A stretch of DNA of 64,000 nucleotides from Torpedo marmorata (lineage: Eukaryota). The position numbers and the translations under genes were made by a program. Shown in pieces: positions 1-12,215 of the stretch (the stretch's first letter is position 1; each line of letters begins with the position of its first letter). Under the pieces are notes generated by a model. That model was given only the letters and a program-made list of their open reading frames with translations, did no database searches and was not told where the DNA came from. The DNA lies in contig OZ360241.1 of NCBI GenBank assembly GCA_977017645.1, positions 58,094,001 to 58,158,000 on the forward strand. Reading direction: 5' to 3'.

Positions 1-196
1 CCGTTTTTAACCTATGGCCCCCTTAGAACTCAGCTCAAAGTTTATGGGCCCCCTTCCCATGAAGCAGTCAAGTTTAGTTGGTTTCTTCTGTACTTCTCTC
101 CTACCGACTACATAAAAAACTTAAAAATAAAAAATATTATGATTTCAGTCCGTGGCCCCCCCTTAAATATGTTGTGGCCCCCGTTGAAAATGGCTG
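1..196. mobile_element. ~200-bp hAT (Charlie-like) MITE, left end clipped by the window start
   Basis: The window starts ccgtttttaac. The right end gttgaaaatggctg is the reverse complement of cagccattttcaac. It is followed by ctctacag, similar to the Charlie NTCTAGAN target. Confidence 0.55.
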
Positions 197-1769
197 CTCT
201 ACAGAAATGTTGTTTTCTTCTATTTTCTTAATGTTTAGTTGACAATGTTGGTGAATCTTTGATTTACTGTTGCTTCCTTGGAACCTACAGCAGACTCTTC
301 TTTCTCTGCGCAATAGGTCCTGGATTAAACTAATTATTCAACATGTCTGCTATTTCGTTACTTTCATTTACAATTTCACTATTATTAGTTTTTAGAGGGC
401 TTATTTGCCTCTGAACAGCAGCTTTTCCCTAATAAACTGTAGTCGTTTTGTGGCATTGATTTTCATATTCTCTTCAAATTTATTTTCATTCTACCTTCAT
501 GCAGGGCTTGTGATCGATCTGTCACCTGTCCTTTACATTCTCCCAGTTGCAGGATTGGCGCTAGATTTTGCCGTGTTTTTTTATGTACCGGTGGTAGAAT
601 GAGGGATGACACGTGTCAGGATACAATCCTGCTGCTGATTGTCCACAGGGTTCACAGCTTTCTTTTCATTCGAGAGATGAGGCGTCGCAGGCCGAGCCAA
701 CACTTCATTGCCCATCCCGAATTGTCCTTGAGACAATGGAGGTAGGCTGCCTTCTTGAACCGCTGCAGTCCTTGAGGTGGGGATACAATACTGTCAGGCA
801 GGGAGGTTCAGAATTTGTCCCAGCCACAATGCAGGCAATGTATTTCCAAATCAGCATGATGTGTTGCTTGGAGGTGGTGAACTCATGCTTTTGTTGCCCT
901 TGTCCTTTGAGGTGGTGGGTTTGGACGGTGCTGCCTAAGAAGCCGTGGTGAGCTTCTACCATGCACCCTGTTGATGGGACAAGCTGTGCTTCGGTGTGTC
1001 TCTGGTGGAGTGAGTAAATGGTTGTACAAGGCGTTCCCATCGAGCAGGCTGTATGGTGTTGAGCTTCTTGCGTGTTGTTGATGCTGCACTCAGTCGTCCA
1101 GTTTTGAGCTGCCGGATTTGTTCTGCCTCTAAAATACTTGGCAAGATGGAGATGTTCTTAGAGTGAAGATATGGCCTTATTTCCACAAGAACCTCTTCCT
1201 AACCTCTACCCAGTGTTCACTTTGTCACTTCCCTCACCCTTCCTGCTGCTGCTTAGTTTCCATCTCCCTGTAATTTTCCCAGCCAGTCCTCCTCCCACAC
1301 ACCCTTCTCTTCTCTCTGCTCCTTCAACATACAGTAAAACCTTTGGTATCCGGCACCTATGGGGATTGGTAGATGCCGGATAAGTGTATTTTCCGGTTGC
1401 TTGAGATTTACTCTTACAATGCCTAACTAATACACCTGCATTAAGAATAAACAGTTTAAAAGACAAAAGAACTATACTGTACGTACACTGAACAAACTTC
1501 ACTTGCATGAATATATAAACCTTAAAGCATTTTACTTTATTTTCAGTTACATTCTTTGAAAACATTTAACCATCGCTGCATCTGCAGGTTCCTGCCCCTC
1601 CACGGAGCCGCCCGAAAGACGAACAATTACATTATAGATAATTAACCCCCCTCCCCAAGTTTACAGATAAAGCCTCTGACCGGGGCGACTCTGACTAAGC
1701 AGGGATAAGGAGACACTTTAAGAGAGTCACCCCAACGGCGAGCGGCATCAAGGAACCCTTCATAAGTAA

Positions 1770-3853
1770 ATCACGAAAATCTGTAGACACCGTGGTTGAA
1801 GTAAAAACACAAATGCTGGAGAAGCTCAGCAGGTCAAACAGTAGCAAAGGGAGAAATACATAACCGACGTTTCAGGCTTGAGCCCTTCATCAAAGAATGA
1901 GAAAATGCTGGCAGGCGTCTGAACAAAAGAGTTGGGGGGGGAGGGGGGTGGCAAAGGCAGGAGATGATAGGTGGAGAAAGGAGGGAGGTGTCAGCAGCAA
2001 AGAGGGAGAGGAGGGATGGCTGGGTGGGTGGAAGAACTGGAAGGACAGGGAAGGGTGGAGGGGAAGGAAAAGACAAGCAGGTTTAGTGGAAAGCAGAAAA
2101 GTCAATGTTAATGCCATCTGGCTGGAGAGTGCCCAGACGGAAAATAAGGTGTTGTACCTCCAATTTGCGGGTGTTCTGGGTGGGAGAGTACATAAGGCCA
2201 TGGACAGACATGTGAGTGTGGGAGTGTGACTCGGAATTGAAATGGTTGGCTACTGGGAGGTCGCTGTTGTTGCGGACGGAGAGGAGGTGCTCAGCAAAGC
2301 GATCTCCCAATCTACGACCGGTCTCTCCGATGTAGAGAAAGTCACAAAGGGAGCACCGGATGCAGTAAATAAGTTCTCTGGATGTACAAGTGAAGTGTTA
2401 CTTCACTTGAAAGGCCTGTTTGGGGCCCCGGACCATGGTGAGGGAGGAGGTGCTCTGGATGTACAAGTGAAGTGTTGCTTCACTTGAAAGGCCTGTCCTC
2501 CGGTATATCGACGACTACATGGGGGCTGCCTCATGCAACCGCGATGAGCTTCTCAACTTCATCCACTTTGCCTCCAACTTCCACCCCGATCTCAAACTCA
2601 CCTGGTCCATCTCCGATAACACTCTCCCCTTCCTGGATCTCTCTGTCTCCATCTCGGGAGACAAGCTTTCCACCGACATATACTACAAACCCTCCAACTC
2701 TCACAACTACCTGGACTACACTTCCTCACACCCTGTCCCCTGCAAGGATTCCATCCCCTTCTTTCAATTTCTCCGTCTCCGCCGCACCTGTTCCCAAGAT
2801 GAGGTCTTCCAGTCCAGATCTTCCGAAATGTCTGCCTTCTTCCACAAACGTGGCATCCCCTCCACCACCATCAACTCAGCCCTCACCCGCATCTCCTCCA
2901 TTTCCCGCTCATCTGCCCTGGCCCCCTCTGCCCCCAGACGCAACAAACATAGAATCCCCCTTATCCTCACCTACCACCCCACCAGCCTCCGCATCCAACA
3001 CATTATCCGCCGGAATATCTGGCACTTACTACAGGATCCCACCACCAGACACATTTTTCCTTCTCCTCCCCTCTCGGCCTTCCGCAGGGACCGATCCCTC
3101 CGCGATTCCCTCATACACTCATCTCTCCCCACCTATCGCACCCCTGGCACCTTCCCCTGTGCCCGCAGGAAGTGCAACACTTCCACCCACACCTCCTCCC
3201 TCACCATGGTCCGGGGCCCCAAACAGGCCTTTCAAGTGAAACTACACTTCACTTGTACATCCAGAGAACTTATTTACTGCATCCAGTGTTCCCTTTGTGG
3301 CATTCTCTACATCGGAGAGACCGGTCGTAGATTGGGAGATCGCTTCGCTGAGCACCTCCTCTCCGTCCGCAACAATAGCGACCTCCCAGTAGCCAACCAT
3401 TTCAATTCCGAGTCACACTCACATGTCTGTCCATGGCCTTATGTACTATCGCACCCAGACTACCCGCAAATTGGAGGAACAACACCTTATTTTCCGTCTG
3501 GGCACTCTCCAGCCAGATGGCATTAACATTGACTTTTCTGCTTTCCACTAACCTGCTCACCTTTTCCTTCCCCTCCACCCTTCCCTGTCCTTCCAGTTCT
3601 TCCACCCACCCAGCCATCCCTCCTCCCCCTCATTGCTGCTGTCCCCTCCCTCCTTTCTCCACCTATCATCTCCTGCCTTTGCCACCCCCCTTCCCCCCAC
3701 CCCCCCTCACTCTTTTGTTTGGACGCCTGCCGGCATTTTCTCATACTTTGATGTAGGGCTCAAGCCCGAAACGTCGGTTATGTATTTCTACCTTTGCTAC
3801 ATAAAAGACACTGTTTGACCTGCTGAGTTTCTCCTGCATTTGTGTTTTTACTT
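1770..3853 (+). mobile_element. 5'-truncated Penelope-like retroelement (RT C-terminus plus GIY-YIG endonuclease) with an inverted terminal copy
   Basis: LRYIDDYMGA from 2498, FLDLSV..DIYYKP..YLDYTSSHP, and GIY-YIG LIYCIQCSLCGILYIGETGRRLGDRFAEH. 1801-2452 is the reverse complement of ~3190-3851. Confidence 0.9.
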
Positions 3854-4014
3854 TAAGCAACTCTTCATCCTGGTCGACGCCATTGCTGTTTCACACAACT
3901 TTATTCAAAAGCTGCTACGAGCAAAGCACGACCAAGTCACTCCGCTGGCTGAATATTTCTCCCATCTTCACCAAAGGTTTATGTGTTACTTCAGAGAACA
4001 TTTATTTTTACAAT

Positions 4015-6480
4015 TTTTAAAAAATATTTTATTTAAAATTTTAAATCACAAAATACATAAAGTAAAATATAACATTATCAAAATACTTGTGATACATTTT
4101 CACCCCCCCCACCCTCCCTCCCCTCCCATCCCTACTAATCTACTAAAGTAGAAATAAAAAAGAAAGAAAAAAAAATAGAATAGAAATAAAAAAAGCAAAT
4201 TGGGTAAATATGGAGAATATAGTGATTACGAAAGATATAGTGTTAGGGCTTTTGAGGCATATAAATGTGGATAAGTCTCCGGGACCCGACGGGATCTTCC
4301 CCAGGACCTTGAGAGAAATAAGTGAGGAAATAGCAGAGGTTCTGACGGTGATTTTCCAAATGTCATTAGAGATGGGGATAGTGCCGGAGGATTGGCGTAT
4401 TGCGCATGTGGTTCCGTTATTTAAAAAGGCTTCAAGGAGGAAGCCTGGCAATTATCGGCCTGTAAGTTTGACGTCTGTGGTAGGTAAATTAATGGAAAAA
4501 GTTCTTAGAGATAGTACTTATAAATATCTGGATAGACAGGGTCTGATCAGGAACACTCAACACGGATTTGTGAGCGGAAGGTCCTGTTTGACCAATCTGA
4601 TTGAATTTTTTGAAGAGGTGACTAGGAATGTGGATGAGGGTAGCGCGGTGGATGTTGTCTATATGGACTTCAGTAAGGCCTTCGATAAGGTACCACATGG
4701 AAGGTTAGTTAAGAAGGTGCAGTTTTTAGGTATAAATTTTGAGATAGTCAAATGGATTGAACATTGGCTGAAAGGGAGAGGCCAGAGAGTGGTAGTGGAT
4801 AATTGTCTGTCAGGTTGGAGGCCGGTGACCAGCGGTGTGCCTCAGGGATCTGTATTGGGCCCATTGTTGTTCGTTATATACATTAATGATCTAGATGATG
4901 GGGTGGTGAACTGGATTAGTAAATATGCAGACGATACTAAGATAGGTGGAGTAGTGGATTATGAAGAAGGTTTTCAAGGATTGCAGAGGGATTTGGGCTG
5001 CTTAGAAAAGTAGGCTGAAAAATGGCAAATGGAGTTTAATGCTGATAAGTGTGAGGTGCTTCATTTTGGTAAGAAGAATCAGAACAGGACATATGTAGTA
5101 AATGGGAGAGCATTGATGAATACAGAAGAGCAGAAAGATTTAGGAATAACGGTGCATCGTTCCCTGAAGGTAGAAACTCATGTGAATAGGGTGGTGAAGA
5201 AGGCTTTTAGTATGCTGGCCTTTATCAATCATTGCATAGAATATAGGAGTTGGGAAGTGATATTGAGATTATATAAGGCTTTGGTGCGGCCTAATTTAGA
5301 GTTCTGTGTGCAGTTCTGGTCGCCAAATTATAGGAAGGATATCAACAAGGTGGAGAGAGTGCAGAGAAGGTTTACCAGAATGTTACCTGGGTTTAAGCAT
5401 CTAGAGTACAAGGAAAGATTGAGCATATTAGGTCTTTATTCTTTGGAGCGTAGAAGGTTGAGAGGGGATTTGATAGAGGTATTTAAAATTATGAAAGGGA
5501 TAGACAGAGTGGATGTGGATAGACTATTTCCGTTAAGAGTAGGAGAGATTGAAACAAGAGGACATGAGTTAAGAGTTAAGGGGCAGAGGTTTAGAGGTAA
5601 CATGAGGGGGAACTTCTTTACTCAGAGAGTGGTAGCGGTGTGGAATGAGCTTCCGGGAGAAGTAATGGCGGCAGAGTCAATTTTATTATTTAAGAAAAAG
5701 TTGGACAGGTATATGGATGAGAAGGAAGTGGAGGGTTATGGGCAGGGTGCAGGTAGGTGGGCTAGAGAGGAGTGTTTGGTTCGGTGCGGACTAGAAGGGC
5801 CTAATGGCCTGTTTCCGTGCTGTAATTGTTATATGGTTATATGGTAGAATATGGAGAATGTCAATCTAAAAAAAACACATCTATAAACTAATTTTATTGT
5901 GGAGGTTCGCCAGTCAGATCCGATGTCCAGAGATCTTCAACTCCTTAAACCAACAGCCTTCATATATGGGCTCCATATTTTCAAAAAGAAATGATATTTA
6001 TTACGTAAATTATAAGTAATTTTTTCAAGTGGTATACATGAATGAAGTTCTGCATGCCATCTCTCTAACCCTAAATCTACATCAGATTTCTATCTAATAG
6101 CAATACATTTCTTAGAAACAGCTAAAGCAATTTGCAAAAATTCTATTTGATACATATTTAATTTCATCTTAATACTAACTCTTTTAATACCTCAAAAAAA
6201 AAATTAGGGTCCATTGGGAATGTAATTTTTAATACTTTATCTAAAAACGTTTTAACTTTCAACCAAAAATCATAAACCTTTGGACAAAACCATGTAGAAT
6301 GTACAAAAGAACCTTCCTCTCTATTACATCTAAAATATAAGCCTGATAATGTCGCGTTAAATTTCTTTAATTTTTTTAGGCGTTAAATATAATTGATGAA
6401 AAAAATTATGTATTTTTTACCTATTATTTCATTATTTATTTATTTTTAAAAATTTATTTTCCTCGATTTTTTTGCCAGTT
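4015..6480 (-). mobile_element. L1-clade LINE 3' fragment interrupted by a CR1
   Basis: The minus strand of ~5960-6300 reads FLQIALAVSKKCIAI..RWHAELHSCIPLEKITYNLRNKYHFFLKIWSPY, homologous to the L1 at 21269-21680. 3'UTR-like sequence lies at 4015-4206. Confidence 0.7.
4219..5847 (+). mobile_element. 5'-truncated CR1 LINE (RT domain, one premature stop at 5011)
   Basis: [44 protein letters not shown]. Tail (GTTATATG)n. Flanking direct repeat aatatggagaat at 4207-4218 and 5848-5859. Confidence 0.93.
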
Positions 6481-6629
6481 GCTCGTTAGATGGTTAATAT
6501 GAATGTTAATTGCACTATGATGCTGCCGCAAAACACCGAATTTCATGACTTGTTCATGACAATAAATTCTGATTCTGATTCTGGCTGCCGGTTGTTTGAT
6601 TCCGGATACCAGGGGTTTTAGTATAATTC

Positions 6630-8600
6630 TATTCTCCCCCTCTCCATCTCCCCTTTCTCTCCTACCCCTTCTCTCCCACCTTACATCACTTTCCTCCTCC
6701 CTCCCCTTTCTTTGTTTCTTTCACCTTCCTCTCCTCACACTCGATTTACCCTGTCCTTTCGCCCATCCTATCTCTCCCCTCTCCCTTCTACCTGTCATTT
6801 CTCTTCTCATTGATTTCCACTTTTTCTCCCCACCCATTCATTCCCCTTTATTTTGCCCACTGTCTGTCCCTTCATCTTCTGCATCTGTGTCTCTCTTTCC
6901 CGATCCTATCTCTCCCCTCCCTCCCCATCTTTCCCTTAACCCTTTCTCTCATTCCTCTCCATCCCCTCTCCTTCACTCTCTCCTACTCTCGCCTCCTAAT
7001 TTCCCCCTCTACTCCTGCCCTCCGCACCTTTTCCCATCTCCTCCTCACCTTTCTACTCCTCTTCCCCTCTCCATTCTGATCCCTCATACTCTTTCCCCTA
7101 CCTCTTCTTCTCTCCTCTCACTCTCGCTGCCCCTCACCACACCTTTCCCCATCTTTTGCTCCACCCCTTCTCTCCTTCCACCTCTCAACCCTCCCACTCG
7201 CATTTCCTATCCTTGTCTCTTCCTCTCCCTCTTTCCCACTCCCCATTCTCTCCCTCCCTCTCACTCTCCCCATCTCTTGCTCCCTCATCCCTCCCTCTCT
7301 TATTCCCATCCCTCTGTTTCAGTGCTGCCCCTCTCCACCCACTCTCGATCCATCCCCCACAATCCCCCTTCCTCACCCCAACTCGCTCCCTCTCCCTACC
7401 CATCTCCCTATATCCCCCCTCCCTAATCCTCTCACTCCCCCACACCCATCCTCCCTCTATCCATCTCTCCCTCTTGCTCCTTCCACTCTCCCCTTCCCTC
7501 CTCTCTCTCTCTCCCTTGTCCCCTCATTCTCACTCTCCTTCCTCTATCTGCCCCCTTCTCCCATTCTTTCTTCCTCCCCCTCCCTCTCCCCTCCCCTCCT
7601 CCCTCCTCTCCTCCCTTTCCCCCTCCTCTCCTCTCTCCCCCTCCTTTGCTCTCTCTCCCCCTCCGCTCTCCCCTCCTCCTCCCTCTCACCCTCCCCTCCC
7701 TCTCCCCTCCTCCTCTCATCCCTCTTCCCCCTCCCTCCCCTCCCTCTCCCCNNNNNNNNNNNNNNNNNNNNNNNNNNNNNNNNNNNNNNNNNNNNNNNNN
7801 NNNNNNNNNNNNNNNNNNNNNNNNNNNNNNNNNNNNNNNNNNNNNNNNNNNNNNNNNNNNNNNNNNNNNNNNNNNNNNNNNNNNNNNNNNNNNNNNNNNN
7901 NNNNNNNNNNNNNNNNNNNNNNNNNNNNNNNNNNNNNNNNNNNNNNNNNNNNNNNNNNNNNNNNNNNNNNNNNNNNNNNNNNNNNNNNNNNNNNNNNNNN
8001 NNNNNNNNNNNNNNNNNNNNNNNNNNNNNNNNNNNNNNNNNNNNNNNNNNNNNNNNNNNNNNNNNNNNNNNNNNNNNNNNNNNNNNNNNNNNNNNNNNNN
8101 NNNNNNNNNNNNNNNNNNNNNNNNNNNNNNNNNNNNNNNNNNNNNNNNNNNNNNNNNNNNNNNNNNNNNNNNNNNNNNNNNNNNNNNNNNNNNNNNNNNN
8201 NNNNNNNNNNNNNNNNNNNNNNNNNNNNNNNNNNNNNNNNNNNNNNNNNNNNNNNNNNNNNNNNNNNNNNNNNNNNNNNNNNNNNNNNNNNNNNNNNNNN
8301 NNNNNNNNNNNNNNNNNNNNNNNNNNNNNNNNNNNNNNNNNNNNNNNNNNNNNNNNNNNNNNNNNNNNNNNNNNNNNNNNNNNNNNNNNNNNNNNNNNNN
8401 NNNNNNNNNNNNNNNNNNNNNNNNNNNNNNNNNNNNNNNNNNNNNNNNNNNNNNNNNNNNNNNNNNNNNNNNNNNNNNNNNNNNNNNNNNNNNNCTCTCT
8501 TCCTCCCCTCCCTCTCCTCTCTTCCACCCCTCCTCTCCCCCCTCCTCTCCTCTCCCCTCCGCCCTCCCTCCCCGTCCCATTCCCTCTCTCTCTCCCCCAC
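6630..8600. repeat. Long CT-rich polypyrimidine low-complexity tract containing an assembly gap
   Basis: Almost purely C/T sequence on both sides of the N run. Confidence 0.9.
7752..8494. other. Assembly gap (743 N)
   Basis: Run of n. Confidence 1.
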
Positions 8601-8602
8601 AG

Positions 8603-8833
8603 ACGGCAGCAGCGAGCTGCATTCGGAGACCCGTTAGTTACTTTGTTCTGATGCAGGCAGCGAGCGGACCGGCGGCTCGGAGCCCGGGGACTGGCAGCGG
8701 GCAGCCGGCGGCGGCGGAGGCGAGCAGCCGCGACGAGCCCGAGCCCGAGCCCAACACGAGCAACAGGCGCAAGGAAGGGGAGCGGAGAGACTCACGGAAA
8801 CGAAGAGAGAGGAAGCGGCTGCTGGAGATCAAC
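8603..8833 (+). promoter_or_regulatory. CpG-rich 5'UTR / CpG-island-like segment of homer3
   Basis: High GC and CpG density (gcggcggcgg, gagcccgagccc) directly upstream of the Homer ATG. Confidence 0.6.
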
Positions 8834-8838
8834 ATGGG
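8834..8838 (+). CDS. homer3: Homer3 first coding exon (ATG GG), within an exon probably spanning 8603-8838
   Basis: Strong Kozak aacATGG followed by donor GTGAGT at 8839. It joins in phase 2 to the exon at 28055, giving MGEQPIF, the canonical Homer N-terminus. A polypyrimidine tract plus CAG acceptor ends at 8602. Confidence 0.85.
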
Positions 8839-8849
8839 GTGAGTGCGAG

Positions 8850-9260
8850 AAAGTGGGAGAAAGTCCGAGAGAGAGAGAGTGAAAGGGAAGAGAAGGAGGG
8901 AGCGAAGGAAAGACTGAGGGAGACAAAAAAAAGAAGCCAGTGGGTAATGAAGAGGGGGAAACTGGGGCAGTGAGAATGACAGGGTGGGAGAGAGAGGAGG
9001 AGAGGGATGGGATGGGGCGATGCAGAAAGAGGCAGAGTGAAAAGGGGCAGAGGGATGACTGGGGCACTGAGAGAAGATGAGGTGAAAGGGAGAGAGAAGG
9101 AAAGTGGGTGTGGAAGGGAGAAAGAGAGGGTGAGGGGATGTATGGGAGAAGTAGAGAGGCGGAGAAAGAGAAGGAAATGTATCCTGGCTTGTGTAAGTAG
9201 AATTCAAGGAGAGGGAGGGTATGCTAAGAGAGGCTGTGTCAGGAAAGGGTGGAAAAGGAG
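8850..9260. repeat. GA-rich polypurine tract at the start of intron 1
   Basis: Nearly all A/G. Confidence 0.8.
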
Positions 9261-9478
9261 ATCCAGGGCTCCTGACCCACATCTAGGTACAGCTGAGAGT
9301 GGGTTCCCAAGAGACAGACAGACAGGTACAATGTGACATTTGCATAGGAAGCAGGACAGAGACACAGTGAGAGATGGAGAGTGATGATGAGTTTATTGTG
9401 AGGAACAGTGAGAGGAGCAGACTGGAGCTCCTAGTGAGAGTTCATGGCACTCGACAGTAAATTAATGAGGATTCATTC

Positions 9479-11315
9479 ATGTCCCCACACCGTCCCCACA
9501 CCGGGACACGGTTCCCACACTGTCCCCACACCGGGACACGGTTCCCACACCGTCGCCACACCGGGACACGGTTCCCACACCGTCCCCACACCGGGACACG
9601 GTTCCCACACCGTCCCCATCCCCACACTGTCCCCATCCCCACACTGTCCCCACACCGTCCCAATCCCCACACCGTCCCCACACCGGGACACGGTTCCCAC
9701 ACCGTCCCCACACCGGGACACGGTTCCCACACTGTCCCCACACCGGGACACGGTTCCCACACCGTCCCCACACCGGGACACGGTTCCCACACCGTCCCCA
9801 TCCCCACACTGTCCCCATCCCCACACTGTCCCCATCCCCACACTGTCCCCACACCGGTACGCGGTCCCCATCCCCACACCGTCCCCATCCCCACACTGTT
9901 CCCATACCGTCCCCACACCGGGACACGGTTCCCATCCCCACACCGTCCCCACACCGGGACACGGTTCCCATCCCCACACCGTCCCCACACCGGGACACGG
10001 TTCCCACACCGTCCCCATCCCCACACTGTCCCCACACCGGTACACGGTCCCCATCCCCACACTGTCCCCACACCATCCCCATCCCCACACCGTCCCCATC
10101 CACACTGTCCCCACACCGGTACACGGTCCCCATCCCCACACTGTCCCCACACCATCCCCACACCGGGACACTGTCCCCACACCGTCCCCATCCCCACACC
10201 GTCCCCATCCCCACACTGTCCCCACACCGGTACACGGTCCCCATCCCCACACTGTCCCCACACCGTCCCCACACCGGGACACGGTTCCCACACCGTCCCC
10301 ATCCCCACATTGTCTGCACACCGGTACACGGTCCCCATCCCCACACTGTCCCCACACCATCCCCACACCGGGACACTGTTCCCACACCGTCCCCATCCCC
10401 ACACTGTCCCCACACCGTCCCCATCCCCACACCGTCCCCATCCCCACACTGTCCCCACACCGGTACACGGTCCCCATCCCCACACCGTCCCCATCCCCAC
10501 ACTGTCCCCACACCGGTACACGGTCCCCATCCCCACACCATCCCCATACTGTCCCCACACCGTCCCCATCCCCACACCGTCCCCACACCGGTACATGGTC
10601 CCCATCCCCACACCGTCCCCATCCCCACACTGTTCCCACACCGTCCCCTCACCGGGACACGGTTCCCACACCGTCCCCATCCCCACACTGTCCCCACACC
10701 GGTACATGGTCCCCATCCCCACACCGGTACATGGTCCCCATCCCCACACCGTCCCCACACCGGTACATGGTCCCCATCCCCACACCGTCCCCATCCCCAC
10801 ACTGTTCCCACACCGGGACACGGTTCCCACACCGTCCCCACACCGTCCCCATCCCCACACAGTCCCCACACCGTCCCCATCCCCACACTATCCCCACACC
10901 GGGACACGGTCCCCACACCGTCCCTATCCCCATACGGTCCCCACACCGGGACATGGTCCCCACACCGTTCCCACACCGGGACACCGTCCCCATCCCCACA
11001 CTGTCCCCACACTGGGACACAGTCCTCACACCGTCCCCACACTGGGACACTGTCCCCACACATTCCCCACACTGGGACACCGTCCCCACACCGTCCTTAC
11101 ACCAGGACACCGTCCTCACACTGGGACACCGTCCCCACACCGGGACACCGTCCCCACACCAGGACACTGTCCTCACACCGGGACACTATCCCCACACATT
11201 CCTCACACCGGGACACTATCCCCACACATTCCCCACACCGGGACACCGTCCCCACACTGGGACACAGTCCTCACACCGTCCTCATGCCGGCACACTCTCC
11301 TCACACCGGGACACC
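9479..11315. repeat. Modular C-rich minisatellite (CCCCACACYGT, CCCCAT, CCCCACACCGGKACACGGT modules)
   Basis: Directly visible tandem modules of 6, 11 and ~19 bp, degenerating after ~10900. Confidence 0.95.
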
Positions 11316-11962
11316 AACATCGCACCAGGAAGGCACCTTGGATGCCATTGGTCGTGATTTGCGTTGCGGATTCTCGACACTAGAACCCGTTCATCGAGTT
11401 CTAGAGAAATTTTTCTTCTACCAATCCTGGCCACTTGTTCCATTTCCAACAAAACCCTGGTCCTGTTCACTGGGCCTGGGTACAGATCCGCAGCTCCCCT
11501 GCTGCAGTTGCACTGCATCTTTTACCTGAGTCCCGGTTGTGCTCTGGGTTTGAGAAAACGTGGGCATATATAATCCAGAATACAAAAAATTAAGTTCACA
11601 AATAAAAACTTATTCACAACCGGAATGTGAATTGATCCAATTCTGCTGCTGTGGAGGAAAGTTGCCTGGAATCCGTGCCCCACCCCCTGCCAGATTGTTC
11701 TGTGCAATATCTCACCATGTATTTCGATTTTATCCCTGATAACCTTCACCAGAGTAAACTAGAACACCTCGCACAGGGTTGATCCCTGCAACGGCTTAAC
11801 CATTTTCTGCAGCAGCTCATTGTTGCTGTTAATTGCTTTTACTGAGACTTTGTTCTCACTCGCTTTCCACTCTCCCTTACTCATCTCACTTGAGATTTGG
11901 TAATTGTATTCTTCCCCCTGCCAATTAACCTGTTTTTATTTTTATTTCCCCTTTTTGGATTC

Positions 11963-12215
11963 AGAACATAGAACAATACAGCACAGTATGTTGTGCCGAC
12001 CCATATATTCCTAAAAAAAAGTACTAAACCCTCCCTACCCCATAACCCTCCATTTTTCTTTCATCCATGTGTCTGTCTAAGAGTTTCTTAAATGCCCCCA
12101 GTGTTTCAGCCTCTACCACCATCCCCGGCAAGGCATTCCAGGCACCCACAACTCTCTGTGTTAAAAACTTATCCCTGATGTCTCCCTAAACTTCCCTCCC
12201 TTAACTTTGTACATA
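11963..12215 (-). mobile_element. CR1 3' end fragment
   Basis: agaacatagaaca tail; reverse complement of the CR1 3' end at 34700-34975. Confidence 0.8.

Larger units (their letters stand above)
1332..6623. mobile_element. Tc1/mariner (Tigger/pogo-like) non-autonomous element split by nested insertions
   Basis: Left end TA|CAGTAAAACCTTTGGTATCCGG at 1330-1353. Right end CCGGATACCAGGGGTTTTAGTA|TA at 6602-6625 is its reverse complement (~18/22). Confidence 0.6.

Noticed and set aside
6596-8640. Pro/Ser/Leu-rich ORFs, including those through the N gap
   Set aside because: Low-complexity and gap artefacts.
9442-11383. 400-640 aa His/Pro/Thr- or Gly/Trp-rich ORFs
   Set aside because: All six frames are open because of the minisatellite.
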